From Chrysomallon squamiferum (taxonomy: Eukaryota; Animalia; Mollusca), in the NCBI GenBank assembly GCA_012295275.1, contig CM022670.1, positions 19,158,001 through 19,222,000 on the forward strand: a stretch of DNA of 64,000 nt, written 5' to 3'. Under the pieces are notes generated by a model. That model had not been told where the DNA came from and did not search any database. It saw nothing but the letters and a program-made list of their open reading frames with translations. The stretch's first letter is position 1. Each line of letters begins with the position of its first letter. The translations under genes were made by a program, and so were the position numbers. Below are positions 1-12,400 of this stretch, piece after piece.

Positions 1-289
1 TTTTTTGTGTGTTTTCATTCTTTTTGCTACCACTTTCATTATGCGAATTAAAGTCAGAAAAAATTTGCCTGCCGGTACCTAATATTTGTCACATTTTAAG
101 AAACATTTTGGTTTCACCTGAAATCATAATGAACTTTCTGTGGAGAACATTACTGAACTTCTATACTTCTGATTTAGAAATTTACTAAATCTTTTAAAAT
201 TATTTATTAATTAAATATTAATTATTTATTGATAAAATTATTTCATAATTATTTGTATATATATATATATATATTTTTTTTTTACAAAG

Positions 290-408
290 TTTCATCGAAT
301 GCAATTCTGTTGGATGTCTTTAACTGTACAGCATGTAACAGACAGGTAAATCCAAATATAAAAGGAGCAGCAAGGAGACACCCAGATCTCGGAGTTCTTA
401 TTTGCAAG
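290..408 (+). CDS. ATRX: ATRX exon: ADD GATA-like finger
   Basis: tttacaaag| ...[30 protein letters not shown] |gtaaat. Confidence 0.92.
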
Positions 409-3400
409 GTAAATGACTGTTTTTAAATGTAATCAAGGTTGTAAATATATGTGTGGCCTATAACTGATTCATTGGAAAATATAATATTACACATATATTA
501 CATACATATGCATAATTTTAAACAGTTAATATGCTTGCAGTTAATATTTCTCATTCTGTTTCTTTCCTTGTTCTTTTTCTTTTTAAATGTTGGTCTTCTA
601 ACTGGGTCCATGAAATTTAAGAAAAAAAGATAAGAATGAGAGCTTTAGTTAAGAATATTATTTGATGATCTAAAACATCTAATTATGATGTGAAAAAGAA
701 ATATTCTTTAATTATGATTTAGATTCTTGTTTTTTTCCTTTTTTAGAAATGCTACCGATATTACAAAAGTGGTGAAATAATCCAGGACAGTGATGGTCTT
801 GATGAACAATGTCGGTGGTGTTCAGAAGGAGGGAAGCTTATGGGTTGTGATTACTGCCACAATGCATTTTGCAAGCAGTGTATCCTGCGCAATTTTGGAC
901 GAGCTGAATTGTCAAAAGTGAATGGAGATGGTAAATATTTTAATCTTAATTTCTTTAATGTTCTTTAAGTGTAGACTTGACAAATACTTTTAAAATCACA
1001 TTTAACCTAGCTTAATAAAATTAATTAAATATATTTATTTATAAATACTTCTTAACTAACTTGATTTTACTAATTAATGGATGTAACATGGTTCAAGTTG
1101 TATAAAATATAAAATTACTCAATATGTTGCATGTAATTGATACATCTTTTAAAAATTTAATGCCAGGAAACAATCTTAGCTGCGATATTTTCAGAAATAT
1201 TGTTTATCAGTTTGTTATATTGAATGAAAGTCATAAAACCAATATTCTTTAATTTTATAATATATTTACATGAATTAGAGGTAGTCAGTATAAAAAATAT
1301 TTTCTAGCAATTAAATTATTAATAAATATTCTAAAAAATGAGATACTGTATGTTCCCTGAAAAGTTGTGGGGATTAAATTAGCAATTTATTCTTTACTTT
1401 TTTCTTTGGCTTTTAGGGGATACCAAATGGAAATGTTATATATGTGATAAATCACAATTACTTAAATTATCTGCACAGTGTGATGATGTAATGGAAAAAA
1501 TTGAAAAACAAGAACAATTAGGAAAAATGGCGACAAGTACTCCAAAATTAGAAAAGAGTGCCAGAAAATCTACAGCTGGATTAAATTGTAACTCAAAAGT
1601 CAACTCAAAACAGTTGAAAAATCCATCAGGAGTGCTTCCAAATATTAAGATCATCCCATCTTGTGTTGAAGATGTGGTCTGCAAATTAACTGGGATATCA
1701 AAAACATTTATAACTATGTTAGAAGTTATGAAAACAGATTTAGAAATTCCTTACAGCATGTCGACCCCATATGATGCAAATAAATTGGACATTAAACGAA
1801 TTAGATATGCTGGAATGTTGCAGAAGGGGCTGGAAACCTATACAAAATCAATTGACAGAATCTTAGGAGAGCAGATAGATTCAGCCTCACAAAAAGATAT
1901 TGTTGATAGTATTGAAACTGTTGACTCCCCAATGAAAATGAATGGTTCTTTAGAAAAGACAGACAACAAAGTTGAAAATGAGAGTACAGAATTCACTTCA
2001 CTGCAGAATCAGAAAGGCACAAATAAAATTACAGCAGCTAGGAGTTTGTCCTATAAAGAAAAGGAAAAAAAAGAAAACAAACCAAAGTTAGAAGAGAAAA
2101 GAAAACCTCCTGAAACCATTGTTCTGGATGATGGCACTGATTTCAGCAGTGATGAATCTGAAGATCTGATAGTGACATTTGGAAAGAGAAATGATGTCAC
2201 TTTATCCTCTAAAACTTGTGAACCTTCAGAGGACAAAATTGATCTGAGTCAACAAAATGAAGTAGCACAATTAGAGCTGCTGCAAGAGTTGGCTGATGAA
2301 CTTAGTAATGAGCAGCAGAGAGAAAAACAGGCAGAGAAAAAGGCCAGTGACAAAATCCTAGAAAAAGAAAAATCTGCTGTAGATGAGTCCATGGATGACA
2401 AAATGTATGAAGAATGTGGTGATCTGTTTGATAATGATGACTTTGAAAACATTGCTTTTGAAGAAAATAAATTAGAGGATAATAGCATGGACATAGACAG
2501 TCATGTTGACAAAAAGGCAGAAATGAAAAAGAAGAGTCAAAAAAAAGAAATTAACATACTTTCAGAAAAGTCCAAAGAAAGCCAAACAAAGCAAAACAAA
2601 TCCAAAGGTGTTAACAGTGATGATGAAAAGACTGTGCAGCAAAAGAGTAATGTTTCTGGGAAATCATTGAAAGTAAGAAAAAATAAGCCAAAATCAGATG
2701 AAAGTGAAATTGATGATAATGATGATGATGATGATGATGATGATCGTGATGGTGGCAGTAATAAGACAGCAGAGAAAAAGGGACCAAATAATTCTAAAAG
2801 TGCCAAAAAGAGAAAGGAGGAGAGTGATTCTGAATGTGATGAGAAAAAATCAAAACAAAATGTGAAAGCTAAGACAAATAAAGAAGAAAATGTGGATCAA
2901 AATGAATCGGAAGAGGATGTTTCCAGTTCTGATCTTCTTATGAGTTGTGATGATGAGAATGACAATTACAGCAGTGCTGTTAAAAAAAGCAGAGCAAGAA
3001 AAGGTATATTTCTCTTAATTTATTTTATTTTAATAAAAATTCGGTTTTTAAAATTCATATTTTATCATAAAGTCCTTTTGTTATAATTATTGCATGAGTG
3101 CATAACCCTAAATGTTTAAAATATTCATTAATATTATAATTAGTAATTGTTCTTGCAAATCTTAAAAGAAACAAAAGTATCAGATACATTAACACATCAT
3201 AGTGTTTGCTATCCATTTTATTTGATAAATGTTTACTTAACTAAAATATGAAAACCGACCAACTATTATAATACTAATCATTTAAATATATTTGATTCTA
3301 AGGAAAAACAAAAAGCCAGAGAACCAAACAAGTTCATTCAGATAGTGGTAGTGATGGGAAAGCCTCAATAAAGAGAAGAAGAGTTAAAAAGGCTGAAAAA

Positions 3401-6400
3401 AGTAAAAAAGCTGAAAAAGCAAAGTCTGATGAAGAAAGTGATGATGAACTAGACAGAGATATTAAACGTTTATCACAGAAACCAAGATTGAGAAAAAAAA
3501 CAAATTGGCTGAAGCTCAGAAAACAGAGAAAGTTGAGAAAAAAAAACTTGCAAAAGGTTGGTCATTTGCTGAAACTCAAAAACATGTTAAGAGAAAGCAA
3601 ATTTGCTTTATAGAATTTTATGTGTACATTATTGGTATTTATTTATTTATTTTTATTTATAATTAAATTTTATATAATATGCAAAAAAAATAAGTATAAA
3701 ATGAAAGCTGCTGAAAAAACTAAAAAAATTCACAATAATTTATGACTCTGTCTCTATTGGTTCAAAAGATACATCCAAATCAGTACCATGTAAGAGAGAG
3801 TTTGAAAAATAACTACTATTAAAGACTTACGTATTAACAAGAGTGCTGGGACTAACTGGTTAAATGAGCGTAATTTTTTGCAGAGTTGTCTGTTGGTCAA
3901 TTTGTTCACAATAATATGTTGAACATGCCATATTTGTCAAAATAGAAGGCAGCAGAATGCCCCTAAAATGACTAAGTAAAACTGCAGACACTGTGGTTTC
4001 AGTTCTGATCTTATCTGAAAAATTCAGCTAGTGTTATTTGTCATTTCAAGTGACATACTTGAGTCTAACATTTTTAATAAAAGAAAGGTGGGTGTTTTTT
4101 TTTTCCCTGTCAAGCTCATGAGAAAATTACATTTTTAGTTTGAAGTGAAAATGTGTGCCAGAGGACCCTTATGTTTGGTCCACAGCAACCATGTATTGTT
4201 TGGCACCTTGAGCCCCGAAACTTTGAGAAAATAATTTGGGGTAGTTTCAGCAAGAATTAATTAAAATTTAAGATTTATTTGTTGTTTATAGTTTAAAGAG
4301 CAGTACTTCTGCCATTGCTGCAGTCATTGAAAGATTTAGTTTTTTTTTTTTTTAATTTGTTCATTTTTTTATTATTATTAAATTTTTCGATAGTTTAACG
4401 TCTATTTGAACTTCATATGCATTTTATTTTAGAGTCATACAGCATTTTAAGTGGGCTAAATGACATAAGTGGTGGCCATTTAAAACACAAAAAAATAACT
4501 GATATGGGTCAAACACCTTTACATAGCACAGCACAACTTTATTTACATAAGTTGCTTGATTTTTTACATTATTAAATAATTAGTAGTAATAAGTTAAAAT
4601 ACAGTGGTGTGTGTGTGTGTATAAATGTTAATTAAAAAGACAACAAGACTTTTGATATACGCCATTGCCAGCAACTATTAGAAAGATCAAATTTTGACCC
4701 TCCTAGCTGTGCTAAAAATAACACTAAAGCAGTTTTCACTTAGTTAAACCAGGTATTTGTAGAGTGACACCATTTTATGACTTTTTACTCCACATTGTGA
4801 ATGGCTGACCATGGGTGCTGAAGTTCATTTATCACCGCTCATACAAAGTACTGATTTAACACAACAAAAACAACATCACCATTTAAAACAATCCATAATT
4901 ATCTTTCTTTCAATATGTTTGTTTTTCATGGTAGGTTTTGCAGAAGGGATTTGGGGGTGGAGGAAAATGGACAAAAACAACTTCATCCAATTATATTGGC
5001 TAGGTTGATGGTATCTATTTAATGATTTCTTTATTCAAAAATATAAGCTTATGCCTTCAATAAATGGAGGGACATAATACATTTTATTGTACGTTATACA
5101 AATTTATAAATAAAATATTTATTGTTGTATTTTTCATTTTTTAAGAAAAGAAAGTAAAATCTACATCAAGTTCTGATGATGATGATGATGAAGATGATGA
5201 TGACAAAGATGAAAACAGTAGTGATGAAGAAGAAGAAGATTCCGACAGCACAAACAAAAACAATAAAGCAATGGTTTGTTAAATTCATATGGAATATATC
5301 TTTTGAATTATATTTGGTTGTGATATATATATATATAAACTTTTTGCACACACATGTGCATAAATAAACATATCCTGTTTCATATCAAGTTGTGTATGTC
5401 CATTTATATTATTATTATACTGATTACTTATTTTTTAATCTCTATTTATAGACCACTTTGTTTTCAGTTTAATTAAAGTAATGCATTTTAGTACTATTAC
5501 TAATTAATGACATTGGTCTTTAAATTGATCCTAAAATGAAATAAAAATCTGATTCTATTATATTCTGTTTTCTTTATTTTCTTTTTGTTAGGAGAATTCG
5601 GTGACTATAAACCAAGATGTCGAATTAAATGAAAATGACACAGCTGACAAGACTATTCTTGAAGACATTGAAGAGAAATCAGACAGTGACAATGGAGTAT
5701 CTTCATTAAGTGATTCAGGTTTGTATCAATATATTTTTTAAATGTTGTACAGTTATTATTAAATATTTGGCAAATTGTCTGCCAGATGTATTAATAAAGA
5801 GTTTATTTCTTTTATAAAAGTGATTTTTTTCTCTTCTTTTTTTTATTTAAATGGTTTTGATTTTAATGCCCAAATACACTTCAACTTTAAAATGTCTAGA
5901 GTTTAATATAGAAAACATTTAAAATTATTAGGTTACATTTTTCATTCACTTAACAGCACCGTTTGTCATGTCAGCATATGTGAATATATAACAACTGAAT
6001 ACATATGATTGAAATAAATATTATCCTCTCATAAAAAAAAAAAATCATTACAGATTTCATCACAAAGAAAAGTAGAAAGAAGACGAGTGGTAAAAAAGAG
6101 ACCAAAGAAGATGATGTGAATGAGGCAGAGGAATCTGAGGATTCTGATATTGTTCCAAGTAGGAAAAAGGCTATTCAGTCTAAGTTACTTGCTGCCAAGT
6201 TGTCAGAAAGTGATTCCGATGCTGAAAAAACAAAGAACAAGACAGAGGTTTCAAAAACAAAAGATGACATGTCATCTGACAGTGATTTCCAGGATAGCAA
6301 GACAAGGTAATTACAATTCCAAAATTGTAGCTGACATAGTGGGAAGGCATTACCAATTTGGAAAATTAATTACAAATTACATATATTTTGCTTCTTATAG

Positions 6401-9400
6401 CTGACCCAAAGAGTCCCAGTGCTGTGTTGATGAAAATTAAATTTAAAAGCATTGCTTTTCCATTATTTCAGTATGGTGGAAGCACCAGCAGGGGATTTTT
6501 GTTCTTCAGTTCTTGTTTTTTTTCAGTATTTATGTTATTGTCTTTGTATTAAAGCACTAGTAAACAATCCTCTTATTTAAATCTCTTTAGCATAATCAGA
6601 GTGATGGCATCTATTTATCTTATAAATTTATTATAATAGTAATGTTGATTCATTGCAGAATTTCAGTTTGTTACTAATGCTTATTGTATTATTGTTATCT
6701 AAGTACCTATAAACCTTAATTTATTTGTTTTTTCTTCAACTATCAGCAAGAAACGTAAACATTCCAGCAGTAGTAGTTCAGATGATGATATCTCCCTAGA
6801 TGATGATAGCGAGAAGAGTGAAGAAGAGGACAGTGATGAAGACACCACGTCAAAGAAGAAAAAGAAGGGTCAAAAGAAGAAAGGAAAGGGTGCAAAGAAG
6901 AGTAAAGGGTCAAAAGCTGGCAAGAAGAAACTGAAACGCATAAAAGCACCAAAAGCATCTTCTGATGAAGGAGAGGATGAATCAGGCAGCAGTGGATCAG
7001 GATCAGTATGTCTTTATAGTTAATTTGTACTACAGACATATTCTAAATTTGTTTTCTTTGGTCAGAAACTTATTGAAAGTAAGACAAAATTCAACAGCTT
7101 CATAGTCTCAGAGCTATTTAAGCTTTTCAGACCTTTTTCCAAAGCAGGGAAAGCATAACAATTTTTTAACAGGGTAATTAATTTCCAAGATAGTTAATTT
7201 TGACTTTATTTGAATGGTAAGACATTCATATTAAAAGGTATCTTCCAATTTTCTTGTTTTGTGCTTGGAGCTCAGTTTAAAAGAAAGTTGGGTTTTTAGA
7301 TGTTTTAGAATTAATTTTTTATTATTTATATTATTTTAGGGTGGGGAAGAAGAAGGAGAAGAAAAATCTCCAAGCAAAAAAGGTAATCGCAAAGAAATCA
7401 GAAAAATAAAATCGGATAAAAAGTTACAAGATGAGACCCGAAGAGCTGTTAAAGCAGAAGAAGCAAGACGGAAGAGGATAAAAGAAAAGCAAGAAAAGGT
7501 ATAGTAACTTTTATATTCTATGTTTTATTTATCCATTTATTAATTGTTTATGCTTCTAAAAACCTAAAAAAAGCATTACAGTAACTGAAATTACCTGACA
7601 TGTATTAATAGGCTTGAAATTAAACAGGAGCAAGATGCACCAGAAATTCATTCTTATTGCTGTCTTTCAGGAACAGTCATTTTCACCAGTCACTTTTGTT
7701 TGTGTTTACCAAACTTGGTATTTTTAAATTTAAATATTAAATCTGTCAAAAATTTGTAAATTGTATAAAAACAACATTATTTGTTTTATTGTTCTAACAA
7801 TATAATGATAAAAAATTTGCAAAATCAATCAAACCAAGATATTCTTTTATTATTTAAAGGCACATGAAGTAGCATTTGAATTTATGAATTATGTTTTGTT
7901 ACAGTTTATTGAATATCAGCTGATAAATAAAATGTCACTATTATTTGATTTCCTGGTGTTTATCTATAAAGACATCCAGTTTCAACATCAATTTCTGATT
8001 GTTGCTGCAAAGAGTTCATTGTTTTAATACTTCAATCACTTCTGTCTGTGATGTATTGGGTCCTATCTTTCCACTGTCATCTGTCACCTCATTTCTTCAT
8101 GCTGTCCTTAACATATATGAACAAACTGAATAGGTTCGTTTCCCAGAGGGTTGGATCTGTATTCTTTGTTGGAATATCAGTCGAAACCTATTTGTTCATT
8201 CATACAACAGAGAGGTTACCTAAGTAGCAAGATAAGCATTGTTGTTTTTACATCATTATCATCTTTTGCATAAATATCATTGTTCCATGTTAGTTATCTG
8301 TTAATAGTGTGCTGGTTCCTGAATATTGTTGTAATAAAAGTTAACTAAGTTTTATTTGTTTGATAATATTTTGATTTTTCTTACAGTTCAACAACATAAT
8401 CCAGATAGCTGATGATAGTTCTCCATCAAAATGTCCAGTTACAACACAGCTCATTCTTGAGCGGGATAAAGAAACTGAAGAACCAATCATTGAGGTCAAC
8501 AAGAAGTTAGTGCGCAAGTTAAAACCTCACCAAGTTGAAGGTATGAAATTTTTACAGGACATTTGACTAATTTTTGGTTCATTTCTAAAAAATGTATTTA
8601 CTTATTTTTTTCTTTTTGTCTTTTTCTTCTTATTATTATTTAATTTTTTTTTTTTTTTTTTTTTGTGGCCTAAATTTGAGATAATCGTTTTTCATCTTTT
8701 AATATACATAAAGGAAAACAAAAAGCAAAAATAAGATATTGTGCTTTTTTTAACTTAAGGACATGAATTAATTAATGTATTCATATTAATAAAATAAAAT
8801 AGCTTCTGAAAATGTACTAAACAAAATGCACAGAAAGTTAAATTAAAAGAAAAATATAATTTATGTTCAGTTGATGTTTATCTTTCATATATTTTTTTAA
8901 ATATTAATTTATTTTAATGTTTACCAATATGTTTTGTATGTTTAATAAAAAAGAAAGAAAAAAATATCTTTTTGTTCATATTTTTCAGCTGTACAGTTTA
9001 TGTATGACTGTTGTTGTGAATCAGTGAAGAGAATGAAAAAACAGCCTGGGTCTGGTTGTATACTTGCACATTGCATGGGGCTTGGTAAAACATTGTCGGT
9101 GAGTCATTTGTACTGTATTCAAATTATGGAGAGGGGTATATTGTTTTTTTTAACATCATTTCATTTATAATTAATGCATTAACAAACAAAACAAAACAAA
9201 TAAGAAATTTAGTTTTTTATAAAAGTTTTTGTGTTTTATTTTGATAGTCTCTTCTTTCTGTTAACTGCAACAAATATTTTATTGCTACCTGCCAAAAATT
9301 ATTTATTTATTTATTAATATTATTATTTTTATAACTTAGCAAAACATTTTAAAATATTTAGATATAATTTACCTTTCTCTTGCAGGTTGTCACTTTCATT

Positions 9401-12400
9401 CACACAGTGATAAAGCATTATGAACTGACAAACATAGGAACATGTTTAGTTGTTTGTCCTTTAAACACAGTACTGAACTGGGTGAATGAATGGGATATGT
9501 GGCTCGAGGAGAAAGAAAAACTTGAGGTATGATAATTAGGATTCACATTTAGTGTTAAGTCACTGAAACTTTCATTAATTTTTTAATCTGATTTTGCATT
9601 ATAATTTCCATATTATATTTGGTTTGTTTTATAAAAAAAAAATATATGACAAAAAATATATTTATTTTTCATTTCCTCATGATCCAAACCAAACATTTCA
9701 GCATAAATAAATTCATTATTGCTGTTTAATTTTCAGGTTTATGAAATGGCTGGTGTTAAATCCAATGTTGATCGCATGCACTATCTGGAAGACTGGCATA
9801 AAAATGGTGGAATCATGATCATGGGTTATGAAATGTATCGATCACTGTCTACAGGCTGTCGTGTCAAAAGCAAAAAAATGAAGAAAATTTTTGCTGAAAC
9901 ACTTGCTGATCCAGGTAAAACTGAAAAAAAAATTAAATAAATAATAACAATAATAAATTATTATTTATAAATTGATCTAATTTAAAAACCATAGATATTT
10001 TTAAAAATTTCATTCTTTTATTAGATTACTTTGTTTTCTTAGTTTGGAATGTAAAATTATTATCATTATGTATTCTGTTTTCTGTTATATTGGTTGTATA
10101 AAGATTATGTCATTTAACCCATTCATTTTAAGGAATGTTCATTACATGTTCATTAGATGTTAATACTAAAATTAATTTTTGATTAAGAGGATATATTTAA
10201 TGCTTGATATAGATTATATTAAAGAACAAGAGTAACGAGTTTGGTACCGATCTCAAGCTCCAGAATGCGAAATGCATCTCATTGTTTTAATTCTGGTTAT
10301 AAAATATTTTGAACCATCACATATTAGCACTATTGGCATCTGCCTTGATTGATAACATGAATACTGATTAAATGTGGATATTATTTATATATTTCTAGGG
10401 CCAGATATAGTTGTTTGTGATGAGGGACATATTTTAAAGAATGATGCATCATCTATATCAAAAGCTATGAACATGATGAAAACAAGGCGAAGAATAGTAC
10501 TGACTGGAACTCCACTACAAAACAATCTCATTGAATGTAAGTATATATGTAAGATCTGTTTTCTTTTTTTAACATAATTATTGAAAAATATTTTTGAAAG
10601 GTGTAAACTATATATACATTTTTTTAAATTGAAATAAACTGACTACTACTTCATCTAAATTTTTGGACAGAAAAACAAAACAGTCACTTAATACCCATAT
10701 TTTATGGGATAAATTGTATTTTACGTTAGAAAGCAACATTCTAAACTATAATCAAAACATTTGCTTTCCCATGCATAATTTTGTTTCTTATTACATCTTT
10801 CTGTATTAACCTTGAAAATATTTGGTTTCTGAATGTTTTTGTTTTTTTTAAATGTTTTAATGTGCTAAATAGATAACGATGTTTAATGAATACTAACGAT
10901 ATTATTTAGATCACTGTATGGTGAGTTTTGTGAAGCCAAACCTCCTTGGAACAAGAAAGGAATTCCTTAATAGATTTGTCAACCCTATTGTGAATGGTCA
11001 GTGTTCTGACTCAACCCCACATGATGTGAAAATTATGAAAAGGAGAGCTCATATTATACACGAAATGTTGGCAGGTTGTGTGCAGGTATGTGTTACTCAT
11101 TTGTAAAAATTAAAAACAGAGCAGCATTTGGTAATTATTGAAAATTTACAAAAATTTGGAGCATTTTGAAAATCTGTCTAGGTTGAAGTTTAGATTTGGT
11201 GTTTTTAACTGTTTAAATGCCGTATGTGAATTTTCAGTAAGGTTAATTTGAAATTTTATTTTTACATGTACATTCATACGCACACACCCACCCAGTTTCA
11301 GTCACTTAAAAGGATGCATGTGTGAACTCAAACATTTCTAGCTAACAAAAATGAGATTTCACTTAAATTTACTTTCAGAGACGAGATTATTCTTCACTAA
11401 CAAAATTCCTGCCACCTAAGATGGAATATGTGATCCTTGTTCGCCTGACACCCATGCAGATAACTCTATATGAGAAATACTTGGAGGTAACAGGACAAGC
11501 TCAGGGAGGACAGATCATAACCCGTGGAGCTCGACTTTTCTCTGACTATCAGAATCTCATGAAAATCTGGACTCATCCTTGGGTATTGAAATTGGCAGAA
11601 ATTAGAGATGAAGCCAAGGTAAAGGAAATGATAATTATTTTTTTAATTATGATTAATGAATCTTTCTGGTTTTTTTACTCTGTTTTATACAATTTACTTT
11701 CTCTTTGAAAAACAGAAACAGTATAATACTGACGATGACATAGATGATGATGGTTCTGACTTGGATTCGTTTATTGATGATGATGATGATGATGATGAAG
11801 AAGAAGAATCTGTGCCCACCAATTCAGACAGTGATGACAGTTTGCTTGCTCGAAAAAAGAAGAAGAAGAAGAAAGGTGAATCTTCAGAAAGTGGTGGAGA
11901 AGGTACAAGTGGTGGACCTAAACGTAACACTAGAAGGTTTGTATATAAAATTTCCTTCATTTAATAACCACTGAATTCTTTAATGTTGTACTGTAGCAAA
12001 GTATTTTGTTTAGGCCATCCAAAATAGTTCCTCAGAGGAAAAAATTAACCTAACTAAATATAAGGTTACATTTCAGTTACATTTTTTAACAGATGTTTTT
12101 ACTATTTTTGACTTCATAATATATCATTAATTGTAACTGGGGTTATTGTTAGAAGCATGATAAGAATAAAAATTACCCAAGACGATAAATTTGAAAAATA
12201 AAAATAGATGTTCAGTAAGTAAATTCACTGTACTTTGAAAGTTTGTGAATATTGTTGCAGTCGTAGACGAAATAACAGTGATGGTGAAGAGATTGTTAAG
12301 GATTGGAAGACTCGTTCTCGTGGTGGTGATGGTGGTAAGATTTGTATTTTCATAACATTGTCATAATTAATTTTATTATGCATTGTATTTCACATTAACA

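Noticed and set aside
1436-2806. Minus-strand ORFs (S/F/L-rich) overlapping the large ATRX exon, and similar ones at 6743, 11694, 12666 and 15056
   Set aside because: Antisense shadows of K/E/D-rich coding sequence with no independent domain signal.
3830-5010. GC-richer segments in the 1.6-kb ATRX intron and ORF 4811..5008
   Set aside because: Possibly old repeats, but I could identify no TIR, TSD or coding signature. No extra ATRX exon with fitting phase was found.
5176-5367. Poly-Met ORFs (also 11744..11974)
   Set aside because: Off-frame readings of (GAT)n poly-Asp tracts in ATRX exons.
8030-8175. Possible decayed LINE (RTE-like) 3' fragment on the minus strand in an ATRX intron
   Set aside because: Only a vague compositional resemblance; no continuous frame or diagnostic RT motif.
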